63,998 nt of DNA, filler included, from Octopus bimaculoides (GCF_001194135.2; 5 parts of 5 records of this genome joined end to end with filler, not necessarily neighbours in it), one strand, 5' to 3'; positions 12,320-27,116 are shown, counted from the first letter of the whole stretch. Translations and numbers: made by a program. The notes: generated by a model from the letters alone, not told the origin.

Positions 12320-13276
12320 TGTAACCAAACACCACCACCACCATCGCCATCACCAGCACCACTTCGATCATCATCGTCATCATCATCGTCATCATCATCA
12401 TCATCACCAGCAGCATCAAAGGATGCAGCTGTAGTAGCAGTAGTGGAATTATCATCGTTCTCATCATCAACACCGTTGTCATCATAATCACCACCTCCAA
12501 CCTCCCTCGCCATTTGTAAAGACGCTTCCGTCGCCGTTTGCCATCCTCCCCCGCCCTCACCTGTGAGGCCATAACCTTTCTCCTCCTCCTCCTCTTCTTC
12601 CGCCGTCACTTTCCTCTCCCCTCCCCTACCATCCTCTTCCCCGTCCTCCTTTTTACCCAGTCCTTCTTTCTGCCACCCTCCTTTTGTCATCTTCACCGTT
12701 CTCACCATCATCATCAATGTCATCATCACCACCACCACCACTATCACCAGCACTTCCAACGCCGCCGCATATCACTACCGCCACGCACCATCACCGCCAC
12801 CACTGCCTCTGCTGCCACCACAGTCGTCATCGTCGTCGTCGTCGCCGTCCTGCTACTCCTCCCCCCTCCTCCTCCTCATTCTGATAAGCGTCTCCTCATC
12901 CCTGCTCCCTTCCTCCTTCTTCTCTCTTTCTCCTCCTCCCCCTCATCATCATCATCATCATCATCATCACCACCGACGTGCGTTCGTGGTCGCCGTCGTC
13001 GTGAACTCCTTTGTTTTATTGATGCTGTAGTCGAAGGAGCCGCAGTGGTAGCAGTTGTTTTTGTTACAATAGTCACCGCTGCTGTTGTCGTTGTTGTTAA
13101 ATTCTTAACAATCACGTCGTCTTACTCCTCCCCACCAAAGCCGGCAGCTTTTCATCATCCGCTTCTCACCGCCGATTCCATCTTCTTGAACCCCACCGTA
13201 ATCCGTTCCACTATAGCAGCGGCTATCACAACTACTGCCCTGCCGCCGCTGCTGCTGTTGCTGCCACCACCACCGT

Positions 13277-13347
<71 letters not shown>

Positions 13348-13397
13348 GTGTTATATTACTACTATTGCCATCGCTGCTGCTGCTGCTGTTGCTGCTA

Positions 13398-13443
<46 letters not shown>

Positions 13444-13444
13444 C

Positions 13445-13480
<36 letters not shown>

Positions 13481-13497
13481 GCTACTANNNNNNNNNN

Positions 13498-13533
<36 letters not shown>

Positions 13534-13534
13534 C

Positions 13535-13570
<36 letters not shown>

Positions 13571-13705
13571 GCTACTACTACTACTACTACTACTACTACC
13601 AGTGCTAGTACTCCTACTGCAGCTACTTCTGCCTCCGCTGATACTCCCTCCTTCTCTACTTCCTCCCTCTACTACCACTACTGCTACTACGCTGCTGTTA
13701 CCACA

Positions 13706-13755
<50 letters not shown>

Positions 13756-14155
13756 GTCCCCTAGGGTAGTTGTTGGAAATCATGTGTATGTAGAGAGAGT
13801 TGTAGTAGAAGTGTATATTTTCAAATGTAAAAAAAAAAATTCAGTGAAGATTTAACTAAAACTGTATTAAGAAAAATACAAACACAAATTTAAAAAGAAA
13901 AAAAAACTCTCAAATACATAATAAACATGACGTCATCAAAAAAAAAAGCAGAAATACAATAATTATATTGGAATGTGTGACATTTTAATTGGCATGCTGG
14001 CTGCATCATCATTATGATGATAATGATTAGAATTCTCATTTCAAGCACCGTCACCACCACCACCGCCACTACCACAACCACTGACACCGCCACCGCTACC
14101 ACCATCACCACCACCACCATCACCACTACCGCCGCCGCCGCCACCACCACCATCA
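12320..14155. repeat. Mosaic of trinucleotide repeats (CAT, CCT, CAC, CTA, GCT, TAC)
   Basis: Seen directly; produces the homopolymeric ORFs at 12273-14156. Confidence 0.95.
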
Positions 14156-14719
14156 ATATAATATAATAGCAGAGTTATAAATTTCATCGGTTTCAAATTT
14201 GCTTGATCATTAGCAAAATTTCCATTTCTATCAACTTATTCAGTATCATCCAATTCACGATCATTATCAAAATAAAATTAGTCATCCCTACCGCCGCCGC
14301 TNNNNNNNNNNNNNNNNNNNNNNNNNNNNNNNNNNNNNNNNNNNNNNNNNNNNNNNNNNNNCACCACCACCATTCTCATCATGATTTCTCCTACCGCCAC
14401 CACCGCTATTATCTTCATCGTTAGTATGGATTATCACAATACTAACTATTGTCGAGCTCAGTATTATTTTCGGCGTCATCCTTATTGTTACCATGGTGAT
14501 GATGTTGAGTATGATAGCGATAACAATGCCAGCAATAGTTTCTGCAATGATGGTGATGATGAAAACGATTATGAGGGTTCATACCCGCAATATTGGCAAC
14601 GATAATATTGGTAGCGTAAATTCTACTGTGGCGACGACATACTGGTGACGAAAAGAAATATGTTGACTAAGAAAACTTCGTTGACGATGAATACATACAT
14701 ATACATAAACACACACACA

Positions 14720-14757
<38 letters not shown>

Positions 14758-14774
14758 TGCATACAAACATACAT

Positions 14775-15120
14775 ATCGGTAAAGGGTTACGACCATCTTC
14801 GGTCATGAATCACAATGGAATCGTATCGAGAAAGTTACCCTCAGAGGCACAAATCCGCGCAAGGTTGCTTATGGAAGACCAGCAGTCGTCCATGCATTAC
14901 ATACCAGCTTCCCTTCACCACACCACTGACGTTATCTAAGGGAAAGGCAAAGGCCGATACAGCTTAACACAAGTGACGTCGCAACTCATTTCTACAGATC
15001 AGTAAACTGGAGGAACGCGAAGTAAAGTGTCTTGCTTAAGAACACAACACAGCCCGGTCCGAGAATCAAACTCACTACCTCATGATTGCGAAACCGTTGC
15101 TCTAAACACTGAGCCATGGC
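14775..15120 (-). mobile_element. SINE family C copy (tRNA-like head at right end)
   Basis: Colinear with 39925-40243 over ~320 bp (agaaagttaccctc..ggcacaaatccg..ggaagaccagcagtc..aagtgtcttgc..gaacacaacac). Confidence 0.85.
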
Positions 15121-15499
15121 TGACCACACAGAAAAACAATTGGACATGGGAATGGTAATTACTGAGTCAAATGTGCCTTTATGGGAATAAAACGTGGGGA
15201 AATGGTGACCTCTCTGATAACTAAAAAAATGAACGCTTGAGAATACAACCAGGTATTAGTGGTGGGAGAGACGAAGCGGGGGGACTGGTGATCATAGTTA
15301 CGATGTTTGTCCCGTATTTCAAGTGCTAAAATCAAAAACACTGCGATTACCATGGAGAATATATCTACGACTTTATAAGTTCGTTCAGAGTTGCCTCTCT
15401 TAGGTACATCTCATCGAAAATAGCCAAGAAGCTTGAAACATTGACGTCTGAGATACCTTTGGTATGCTAAGCTTTTCACATTCAGGTTTTCTTTGAAGT

Positions 15500-15870
15500 A
15501 TTTTAGTCTTTAGGTAGTGGGTAGGGATTTTCTGCACTACTTCAAGGAGTGACGACCCTGCCTGACACGAGTCCTGGGCTCAGCTGGCTCCGGCTGACAG
15601 TACCCGGTATGGTCCCGTATCCAGGGTAACGGAAAGGAGACAACCTTCAAAGAAATCCGGAGTGAAGCTCCGTAGTCGGTTTAGTGTTCGACTCAACACT
15701 CTTCCGGCAGCTCCTGCAACTAAGCTGGTGCCAAATGTAATGCTCTGCACTCCTTTGGACTACATCAGCAAGGTCGAGAGAGGAATCCTGACGATTGGGC
15801 TACCGAGGATTTTCTTATGTCTAGCCAAAGCCTGCGCAAAACTTGAAAGGAAACTGGAGCGCACATGAAA
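15500..15870 (+). mobile_element. Probable RTE-type LINE 5'-UTR fragment
   Basis: GC-richer island whose motifs (acaaccttcaaagaaatccggagtgaagctcc; ccggcagctcctgcaactaagctggtgccaaa; ctctgcactcctttggac) I recall from RTE 5' regions. No protein motif; recall only. Confidence 0.35.
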
Positions 15871-16099
15871 TGTAAAAACCAGACTGGATTATTTTATGCG
15901 CAATTCCATTGTCTCCTGAGACAAAAGGATGTCAACAATTTTAGCCTGGCTGTGTTGAGGTTGTTTACGAGGTCACCAAAAATAGAATTCTTTCTGAGGA
16001 GCTTGTTACTGACGTGCAGGATGCTGTTCTCATGACTTTTCAGCACTGAGTTAATTTATTTTTTCAGCTCGAAATTAACGTATTTATTTTTGTTATATA

Positions 16100-16955
16100 C
16101 ATACATACGTATGTATGTATGTGTGTATGTATGTATGTATGTATATATGTATGTATGTGTGTATGTATGTATGTATGTATGTATGTATGTATGTATGTAT
16201 GTCAGTATTCAGTTTTATTTCAAAATTTCTTGTCATTGGAGAAACAGCCGGTTTCTAACCTAGATCAAAGGCTCCTTCATTGGAATTTCAATATCAACAG
16301 GGTATATTTGTATGTATGCATGTATGCATGTATGTATGTATATGTGCAAATTTGTATGTTTTGTTTTATGTATGTATTCTCATACATATAGTTGCATGTC
16401 TAGACATGCGCATATATACTTAAATGATAAACTTTTGTAAAGTATTATACCTCAGTACGCCAAGAATTACAGGTATAAATCTGCATTTGTAATCTGGGTA
16501 GAGTCACTGTACATTACTCAATAGTCTAGCGATGACACTTTCTTTTTCATGCATCTGTGTATGTATTCATTCTCTAATTGTATTACAGTCATCAAGGTGA
16601 CGTGAGTGATAATTGAATGTATACTTGTGTCCTTGTGGAACATGAATACGCTTGAAACATTTTTGAGATGGGTTTATGAATGCCTTCAGGTAGTGGAGTT
16701 TTATCATATTCATATCATCACGTCAGCAGATATTTTTCTTATTCTACTAAATACTTTCGAAACTGGTTGGCTCACTTTCATATGCATGCAAAAATTTAAA
16801 ACATGTATGTTTTATTTTATGGGAAAAGTATAGAATTAATGAGAGATAGCAGATTTAATTAGCTATTCTTCTCTTCAAAATTATGTGGACATGGGGCTTT
16901 GCTAAAAGTCATTATTTTTATTGTTATGCTAATGTTGATGCTGGGTGTTTTATTA

Positions 16956-16995
<40 letters not shown>

Positions 16996-17020
16996 GTTGT
17001 TATTGTTATTATTATTATTA

Positions 17021-17106
<86 letters not shown>
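16100..17106. repeat. (TATG)n tract ~16100-16200 and (TTA)n tract ~16957-17106
   Basis: Seen directly. Confidence 0.9.
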
Positions 17107-17652
17107 GCAGCTTTCGATTTCAACTTGCTTGTCGTTAGTTTTTGGTGTGATTTGATTTTTATGTTGGTCATATTGTAATCTCGCTAAGTTGTTTAAAATT
17201 TCATTAGTTATTATTGCTTTGGCTACTGTTGTTTGCTGTGCCATTCTGAATCTTGCTGTTATTGTTGGTATTTTTTTTCTTTCGTTTTTGGAATAGTTAC
17301 TACAGCTGCTGTTATGTTGCTGGTTTTTTCTTGTTGTTGTTCTAACCAGTTCTCTTGACGCTGTTAGTGTTACTGTTGCATTTCTTGCAGTTGATAAAAA
17401 TAATAACAATACTTGATGGTGATGTTGGTGGTTCAAAATGACTTTTGTAATTGTTTTGTTCTTTTTGTTGTTGGTGTTGCTGATATTGCAGTGGTGTCTT
17501 GCAGTGAATCTTCCCATATTAATTCTTCGTTTTGCTGATCTGTTTCTATATCTTGTAGTCATTGTTGTAACGGTTTTTATTATGATGTTCTTCTTATTTT
17601 TATTGTTATCGTTGTTTTGTGGTGGTGCGGTGATAGTTTTGGTGCTGGTTAT

Positions 17653-17683
<31 letters not shown>

Positions 17684-18774
17684 CAGTGTTGGTGGCGATG
17701 GTGGTAGTTGTTGTTGTTGCTCACTTTCAAAGCGAAACGTAGCCATGTTTGATTGAGTCTTTGTAATCTATCGTGCAGCTTTCCCAAGAGAGGTCACGAC
17801 ACAAATAGCGCCAGAGGACAAGAACTTTAACAATACAATTTAAATTCTAGCGGACGCATTTCAGTGGTTAAGGAGATATAATATTACAATTGTAAAGTAA
17901 GATATACAGTTATTGATGAAATTTCAATTTTTTTTCCCATTAAAATGGTTTGTCATTCAAACAAAAAATATTTCCATTCTCTTACAATAACACAAAACTT
18001 GCAAAAAAGTATGAGCATTACAAACTCCTACAAAGTTTTGTGCTAGAAAAGACATGGCAATACTATAGTTAAGATGTTTGGATCCACAGACTAAATTCAC
18101 AGCAGTATTCACATGCGGCTCTTTACATGCTGAGTTCAAAATCCCCCGATTGTTGATTTAATTGACTACTCCATTCCAATAACGCGCCAGGCAGTGTATC
18201 AACATTATTAATCAATATTATAATATACATTATGTAGAGAGAGGTGTAGAAACAATATTAAATTCCTTCTACTAAACATGAAATATAATTTTATCTCTTC
18301 TTACTGATAAAACATCACACACGTAATAAACGTCACGACCTCGTTCACTTCAGCAAACTACCAGAGACTTTGTGCAAATTGGAAAATATACTAACAATAA
18401 AATTCCGTTATTAAGTAGACTAAAATTTAAATTCCCAGTATATCATATCTGCGACGCACTTTTTTATTGCCTTTAAAGGAATTTTACCCTGCCTCTGTAT
18501 TTTTGAATATAAATTATATCGAATTTTACTGAAAATAACTTAGCTGATTACAGACCGTGTACAATGCCTGGAGTTGTAAGGAAGCTTCTGTATGACTAAG
18601 ATGAATAAATAACAAAAGCAACAGGCATCCATTACCATTTCCTGCTAAAGCAAATACTTTCATTGGAGAAAGCAAAATAATCTATTAAATTTCAGTGGAT
18701 CTGTGAATGTATTAATATATAAAATAGACTGTAGGTTTCATATATGTCAAGTTGTCTACCTTCAGTCTAGAGGC

Positions 18775-18990
18775 TCCTGAGGATAGAGTTTATTTGGGTT
18801 TTCAATGCGTTTAGGTTTCTGAAAGTAATTGACTCTTCCACCTTAAAGCTAGTCCGGCTCAGGGTTATCTGCCATCTGCCACTCATTGTCCGCATCGTTG
18901 ACTGGATAATCGCGAAATGAGATACTCATGAGAGAATCGAATCCACGGCCCACTACATCAGATCAATACATTAACTACTGGACCACAAAA
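18775..18990 (-). mobile_element. Degenerate tRNA-headed SINE-like repeat
   Basis: Right end gagaatcgaatccacggccc...attaactactggacc reads as a B-box/A-box tRNA-like head on the minus strand. Confidence 0.4.
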
Positions 18991-19439
18991 CAGGAGAAAG
19001 AAATGAACACGTAGAGCTTGAGTAATTGTTGATATTGTAGTATGAATTCTTTTTGATGTCTTGTTATTTAATATATTTTTTCTCCGATTTACTTTCTTCA
19101 CACACGCATACACATACATTATATATATTTCATTTAATTATGTTTTTTTTTTAACCACGTTTTAGCGATGATCTGAAATGTAACGTCTACTATCCTTTAA
19201 TAAACGTACGTAGTATATAATTGCATTTTATTAAATTGACTAGCATACCCCTGTCGACAAAAATAGCGAAAGTTTTATTACTGATAGAAAATGGCGCAGC
19301 AACACAATGGTAGAAACCAAATCTAGTAAATGTATGCACATACACACAATTGAGGCACTTCAAGAATCAGATACGGTTGCAACATCTCAGTTGAAAATAC
19401 GTCTACAATAACATGTGTCTATGCACACACACACGCATG

Positions 19440-19600
19440 TGCACACACGCGCGCGCACACACACACACACATGAACATATGCATATGTACACACACACAC
19501 ACACATGAACATATGCATATGTACACACACACACACACACACATGAACATATGCATATGTACACACACACACACAAATACACACACAAACACACACACAC

Positions 19601-19640
<40 letters not shown>
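19440..19640. repeat. ~30-bp tandem unit (ca)n-tgaacatatgcatatgta x3 within a (CA)n tract
   Basis: Seen directly. Confidence 0.85.
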
Positions 19641-19645
<5 letters not shown>

Positions 19646-19653
19646 TATATATA

Positions 19654-20335
19654 CAGAGTGCGGTGAATAAACTGTCGTCTAAATTATGCAAAAATGAAAA
19701 TAACACTGACATCTCATTTTAACAGATATCTTTACCAAAATTACATAGAAATATTTTGAAATACTAAACAGTAAATTTGTTCAATAACATCGCCATTGGC
19801 TACAACTACGGGCTCCAGACGACTTCCGAAAATCCAGCAACTTTTCTGGACAGTCTCCTTTTTGGTGAATGCTACCAAAATCCTTGTCTTCATTTCATCT
19901 TTGATGTTGCAAGGAGTTTTGTTGGTCTCTCTATCAACTCCGCCCCAAACATGATAATCAAATGGGTTGCAGTCTGGGGTGTTTGGTGGCCAGATGTTAG
20001 GGGGTGATGTGGTTGCAGAAATTGTTTGACAGACACGATTGGGTTCTCCCGTTGGTGTTGCATAGTGCAGAGTCCTGTTGCTAGACACAGGGTCTTCCAG
20101 CAGCCACCTTCTGAAATCAGAGCAGCATTACCTCCTCCAGGCACTTGATGTAGGCCTCCGTGTTGAGTGTGAGGCCGTGTGGGGAGATGAACAGAGGCAA
20201 AACCTCGACATCACTAGTGATCACTTCAAACACAATAATTTTGACTGGATGTTTGAATGGTTGAATCCTAATTTTAAACATTCGTTTATTAAAGTAATGA
20301 CCTTCACAAACCAATTCTTGTTTTTGTGACTTAAT
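19654..20335 (-). mobile_element. Tc1/mariner-superfamily DD37D (maT-type) transposon, 3' half with terminal inverted repeat
   Basis: Minus-strand translation KHPVKIIVFEVITSD...QQDSA-(37 aa)-WPPNTPDCNPFDYHVWG...RLEPVVVANGDVIE. I counted 37 residues between the QQD and FDY aspartates. The end reads TA|CAGAGTGCGGTGAATAAACTGTCG at 19652-19677. In-frame stops are present. Confidence 0.85.
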
Positions 20336-20385
20336 ATTCATTCGGAAGTATTAGAATATGAGAAAGTCTTTGGTATATATAAATA

Positions 20386-20421
<36 letters not shown>

Positions 20422-20431
20422 TGTATGTATG

Positions 20432-20462
<31 letters not shown>

Positions 20463-21662
20463 CTATATGCCGAGAGAGTGTCAGCCGTTCGCGTAATCAT
20501 TTGCTTTATCCATAGAGGTCAGCAGTTCTTAGTAAGCTATAAACGTCGTATTTTGGTGTATGTGCTCCACAAGTCGACAGTTTCAATTTTCACGGTGCTT
20601 GGTGTGTTTTCAAACACATTATCTGTAAGGAGAATTTTTGTTCCCAGACTGTTACCGCATTTACACATTAATTATATTATTCGGACTTTGAGATGATCTC
20701 CAGTGAACTTGCGTCAAATGTAGACTACAAGTAGACTTACATCATAAAAGATATCTCTACTTAACCTCAGCTACTCCACGTTTTATTGAATATCAAGAGG
20801 TCTAATCTGCTCCTTGAGATATATAGACATACAGTGTGTTTAAGTCTAGTCGATGGAGGTGGCTTTGTTATATTGCTCCTCATCCCAAAAGAAACCTATA
20901 CTTACTTACTCACAGGAGAATTAAAAAGTTCAATCAATTTTATACATGTAAAACTTGGAATATAGTTTGCGCTGATTCTAGACGGCGGTTATATAAAAAC
21001 AGACTCTTGTTTTTTAAATGTTGAGTACTCCTATTTTTTGACACTTGCTCAAAAGTCTCTTTCATATTTTCTTCCTCAACATAAGTGTGTGTGTGTCACC
21101 CTTTCCTCCTACTAAAGCATATGATTTTTTCATAAGATTACTTGTCTCAGTTGTTGGCACTACAAAATATCATTGGGTACTGCTTAGTTATCGTGGTTGG
21201 TACTATGACTATACAGACACGTGGTAAATAAAAGCTATTACATAGGGCCATCTGTAATAATGATGTTACTGACGATGGTCGTTCTAATGATGATGCTGAT
21301 TATAATGATGACAGTGAGGTAAAAAGAATGATGACATTAATAAAGATGATGATGATTGCGGTGTTAACGATGGTTAATTATTGTAATGATGATGGTGGTG
21401 GTGATAATAATGGTTGATGATAATGATGATGATGATGATGCTAAGGAAGACGATGACAATGAACGCCATCTCTGAAGAACTTTGAAGCTAACGCGAAATA
21501 TATTCCTTACAGAATGTTTTTTTTACAAAACTCAAGTGACCAACTTTAAAATTGAGCAATAGGTATTAGTAATAGTAGTAGTTTTATAAATAATCGTTTT
21601 AGCAATAATCGCTCTTGTAGTAGTGTGAATAATAACAATAACAACAACAACAACAATAACAC

Positions 21663-21696
<34 letters not shown>

Positions 21697-22489
21697 CATA
21701 ATATCAGCGATAGTTATAGTAATAATAAAATAATCAAAAACGTTCAATCGGGGAAAGTGGATATATTTTTTGTAGAGAATACAATATAAATTCTCAAAAG
21801 GGAGAAATCAAATAATAAATTGAAAAGCAACAATAAAAATAAATATAAAATTTAGAATAAAATAAAAACAACTCAGAAAATATAAACCATTTTTTCAAAA
21901 GAAAGCATTAATTTCAAATGCTGAAAATTGAAGATATAAGGAGAAACAATGCCTTTCATCAAATGAAATATCCCACAATTATCGCAGTTATGTCTTAAGA
22001 GAAAAGTCGATAAAGAAATATAGTTATTTCCGATAGATTAAAATTGTTTTCTTTCTTTTGATTTTTGTACAATTTTTGTGGCTTTTCTTTTCCTTTCTTT
22101 GAGTTTCTTTTTATATTACTTTATCTTTATGTTGCTGTTGCTTAGAGACAGAAGATGATTTGAAGTTATTGATAAAATTGAAAGAAATGAAAAGAAAAGA
22201 AAAACTTTTTTCTTTTCTTTTGAAATGAATCTTGCAAGAATAAAAGAAATATAAAATCTTATAACACGGTATTTTTTTCACGTTGTCGGGTTAAAGGAAT
22301 TTGCTCATTCACCCTGACAAATAGTGTAAGAACAAAACTGTCGTGAGTTCTAGAAAATGTAATGTTAGAAGTTAAATGAATTTAATACTTGCATTTTATT
22401 ATTTAAAAACACATTAATGTTTTAGGAATAATACAAACCACGTGCTTGTAAAGCAATTATATTTTTGGTATTTTTATGTGTTAATAATA

Positions 22490-22750
22490 GAAACGAGTTA
22501 CCGTCCAAGAAATGTTGGTTCGCGTTCTACCATCGCCAATTAACCGCTCCATGGATAACATAATTACATCTGGACATGCATTAAGCTTTAGATATGTCTG
22601 GCAAAATTTACTGCTTTTAGCAGAAGTAATACCGAATATCTTGACGGATCTTATTCTTGCATTAATTTGCATAAAACAAGTATTCCAAGTTCTTCCTTTG
22701 GTGAAATAAGTCATGGGATGAAGCATGGTAAGCTCCAAAGATACTCGGAA
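22490..22750 (-). mobile_element. Decayed mariner transposase C-terminal fragment
   Basis: Minus strand LHP..YSP (with frameshift) ... SAKSSKFCQTYLKL resembles mariner HPPYSP...FFASK..FY..I.KL. Confidence 0.35.
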
Positions 22751-24419
22751 AGAGAAAGGAATATGCTTATTTCAAACATGAAAGTAATACAAAAAAAAAT
22801 ATTTTCTGTATTTTTACTCCCTGGGCCCATTCACATATAGTGACTCATTAAGTTTTACAATTCTTCTAGAGCAAATGAAACTAATACCATAGAAATCCAA
22901 TTACATATATGCAAGAATAAAGATGTATTTGTTGTGAAAAATAGAAATCTATCGACCTGGAACTGAATAATTCTACGATATTTAAATGATTTTGTTGCCG
23001 TTATAAACGTCAGCTAATGTAGATAATGAAAATATAACTGTTTACGATATTGGGCCCCCAATTCAAAACGATATGTATTTTCATATTGTACAGGACTGAA
23101 AACGAAGGATGTTGAAAATCATAAGTTGGGTAACCAGTTATATACAACCACTAAACTAATAAAAGTCTTTAGATATTTTCGAGCAGAATGTTGGATCGGA
23201 AAAATACACTGTGGTATTTGATTAAAAACATTTGAGTTCTGAGATTAAATGCTACAGAAATATATTTTGCCGTTACTTATTTAGAAGGTGATCAATTAAA
23301 TATCACTCGGTTAAATATACATCAGAGTCGATATAATAATCCTTTGCATCTTAGACGGTACTGTACCAACACAGCCAATATTTAATAACTGAAACCACTA
23401 AAAGAAAATCGAAAAGCATAATAATTATCTTCATCTAGTGAGATCGTGGCCATCTTACATGAAAAAAAAAATAATAACTTATACATGTATGTATTGAAGC
23501 ATCATAACGGGATGTGTAGAATGTGTGAAGACGAAATTATCGAGTTCAATTTAAATTCCTTTTGGTGTTGTTAAACTTAATATTCAAAGTTACGAGAAGT
23601 TTGCACCATGTTCTCGATACTCACTTCTAAACAAAATTGTATGAGTTTCGAAAATTTAAATGCTGCTTGAACCATAGTATTAAAATCGATACCGTAGATT
23701 TTAGCAGAAAGTTTATATTTTGAAGATATTAGAAGGGGGATTAAGTAAGAAACATACCCTTCCCATATGATCCAAATCTCAGCTGTCCTCTCTAGAATGA
23801 CTTGGTATGCTTCTCAGAAATTTAGGCGATTAATTAAAACCTAGCGGGACTCGTGCAAATTCCACGAAACGAAAAAACTTAAGAGAGGTTATTTAAGAAA
23901 GAAAGGATGATTTGTATTTTTGTTGCATATAAATCTTGTTGTTGCCTGTTCAATAATTGATTGAAAAACATACAATAACAATCCATAAAATACTTAATAC
24001 ACATCATTCGCTAGTATTGAAATTGTATTGGAGCGGCAATTTGATTATATAATTACATATTCCTTATTACACAATATTTTATCATGTTTACGTTACATTA
24101 TATACAATTAATATATTCAAAACGATCTAGAGAATATATATACAATGTTTTTATCTACATGATTAATTTAAATTCTCTTCCAAAAAAAAAACAAAAAAAA
24201 AAAACACCGACGGCTGATTCGCTGTTATTTCATTTCCAGCTAATATTTTATATGATTTTAATTTCTCCTCTACTAAACACTTTATATTTCTGTCTGTCTC
24301 TGCCTGTTTGTCTGTCGGTCTCTCCCTACCTCTTATTTCAGCAATTTATTTAACCATGTGATTCCTGTCTTCACGTCGTTAACATTTCTCTCTTTCTCTT
24401 TCTCTTTCTCTTTAACTCT

Positions 24420-24467
24420 CACTTCCACTAACCACGTAACTACGTGACAGCCTGGTTAGTGGAAGTG
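24420..24467. other. Perfect 15-bp inverted repeat with 18-nt spacer
   Basis: CACTTCCACTAACCA (24420-24434) / TGGTTAGTGGAAGTG (24453-24467). Confidence 0.9.
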
Positions 24468-24859
24468 GTTATCTTCTATCTCACCCACTAAACCTCCATA
24501 TCTCTCATACTTCCTATCTCTCTGTCACTATCACTCACCTTTCACTTCAACTTCCCCCTCTAACACACTAAAGCGTAACGTGTGAACGAATGAACAAGCA
24601 GTATTATAATATACTGATCTTCCTTTGTTCACTCGTTACGCTTTATGTTATACATGTCATAATGTAGATGGCCAAGTAGGAATTTTGACATAGCAAACAA
24701 AAGCCACTGATTAGGGTAAATGTCAAAATATTCCTAGTATGACCTGATTGGGTCCTGGTCGTTAACTGCACCGAGAATCTTATTGATTTGTTGTAAGAAC
24801 TCCTCCCCCTCCCCCTCTACCACCACCACCACCACCACCACCACCACCTGCTTATAATG

Positions 24860-24894
<35 letters not shown>

Positions 24895-25789
24895 TATTAT
24901 TATTATTTCAACAAAGATAATAATTGTTTTAAGCGCCTCTTAAATATTGATAATTTTTTCACTAAATCGAATAATTCGATTAATTAAAACGAATAGTTAG
25001 AAAAAAGTCAGAGAGGAAAATTGAATGAAAGAAAAACATATGCAACAAAAACATTCTTCGCAGTTCTTACAGAGTAAAAATAACTTGAGAATAAAACATT
25101 AAAACTGTACTGTACTCGACATCTGACTTTTGAAAGAAGAAAACATCCCCAATAGTACGTAGCTAATTGCCTGGAACACATCTTGTTTCTCTGGGTTTTA
25201 ATCAAGAAGCCAATAAAGCTAATTTTTGCTAATATTGTGTATTGGCTTCTCTTCCGTTTATGGTATTTTTGAAAAAAAAAAAAAAAATGATTTCTTTTCT
25301 TTTTAACAATAAAAAGAAAATTGGCTTAAATTAATTACAGGGTGTGAGAAATTAAACCCGTTGACCCTATCAGCGTCAAAATTTCTTCACTGAGAAACAA
25401 AAAATTTAAACAAATTTTGGAAACAGGTTTCCTCAGGAATGGGTCGGAACGGTGTCATATTGGGTTGGCAGCATTGCTTTTAGCTGAAGGAATAACATGG
25501 ATATAATTGTGCTCTGCTTGATTATGTCTCTGATGTCCAATAATACACAAGCGGGAATGAACGATTTAACAATCAATGTGGTAAAAAAAAATAGAGAATA
25601 AATATATGACAAGAAAAAAAAACGTAAAGTTTCAGTAATCCCTCCGAAAAATCATTTCATCCATTACTTCAAAAGAGTATTGAATAATGATTTGGGACGA
25701 TTACATTTATAATAGAGTAATTGTAAAGAATTACAGATTTAAGAAACTCGCTACACATTCCCATGACTCTGAGTGCAGTATCTGAGAAC

Positions 25790-25885
25790 GTGGTATTTTA
25801 GAGCAGTGTCTTCTACTATATATTCGGATCTAATAACTCCTTTCGGGCTGTAACTGGTAGACAGGAACTGTATGGAAGCCTGATA
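25790..25885 (+). mobile_element. SINE family B degenerate fragment
   Basis: gagcagtgtcttctactata...ggtagacaggaactg..gaagcc. Confidence 0.6.
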
Positions 25886-27036
25886 TATATATATTTATTC
25901 GTGATCAGAGGCGTTCGTAAACCGAGGTACATGAAATGAATATGAGAAAGACAGGAAATAAAGCACAATTTATTGGTGATCAGATGTGTTAGAAAACCGT
26001 ACAGCTCTATAAATCTGTGTGTGAGGGCGTGTGTTTATTAGTATGTGGGTGTATGCGTAATGCGTGTGTAAATGCATGCGTTTGTTTATGCATATATGTT
26101 GGTATTTTGTCTGAATGTGCGTAACATATATCTATACATGTTAGGAGTACTCTAGGTAATTTTTCCTGGATATAAATGCATGTTTCTTAGCAAAGGGTGG
26201 TGGCGGCGGACTTCCTTCGTTCGACGATTAAAATTCAATTGTTCTATGAACTGAATAATCTGCTCCTGATTTAAAGCTCGTATATACTTAAAACAATTCT
26301 CAAGTAGAATCAGTGTATCGCAGTGTATGATAGGTGTAATATTTGAATGACATGTACACTCCACCATCCGGCGGAGCGTACCAATTCCGTCAACGCAATT
26401 TCACACAAAATATAGATTGACTTTAAAATAACATTAATAGAGAATAACATTTGCCCAAGACGCAAGGCAGTGAAATCGAAATTTGGACAGCGTAGATACG
26501 AAGTGAAAAATTTAAACATTTGGCTCTACTGCACCTACCTATGCATAGACAATTATGTGTACTTACAACACTTTCATCAGCATGCCCAAAGTGGAGTATA
26601 AAACATCCCTCGTTCTATGCACCCGCTAATGCGATGAAGTAGTACAACAATATATTACGGACAGCTGAAGAAAGTTAGAATGCTGACGCTTCCTCTTCAT
26701 GTGTAAATTGTTAAAGTGAATAAATGGTGCTCTGGATTAGGAATGCAGCATAAAAATAATTGAAAATTAGAAGGAAGCAATTCCAATGGTATTAGAAATA
26801 AATGCGCTCCCATTCACTGTACATGGACATATGTACGTACGTACATACATGCATACATACATAGATCTGTCCAGCCATCTAAACACGCACATACACGCAC
26901 ACACAGTGCACGCTCGTGCTTACAGATATATATTCTAATATTCAAAATAGTGTTGATTACTATTTCTAGCGTGTCGAGCCAGTGCGTAGAGGCTCCATCA
27001 TAAGCTTCAAATTATTACAGAGAGACTAATGTATTA

Positions 27037-27037
<1 letters not shown>

Positions 27038-27101
<64 letters not shown>

Positions 27102-27116
27102 GTGTGTGTGTGTGTG
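27038..27116. repeat. (ATCT)n + (GT)n microsatellite
   Basis: Seen directly. Confidence 0.95.

Noticed and set aside
12273-14156. Long ORFs up to 356 aa rich in poly-H/L/S/T/V
   Set aside because: Translations of trinucleotide repeats, open in several frames on both strands, with no domain.
16924-17787. 287-aa minus-strand N/T/K-rich ORF
   Set aside because: Degenerate (AAC/AAT) repeat sequence that lacks stops by composition; no motif or splice support.
21472-21505. CTGAAGA...GAAATATAT motif
   Set aside because: No helix II or helix I; chance match.
26152-26367. 71-aa minus-strand ORF with protein-like composition
   Set aside because: No splice signals or motif; length is within chance.
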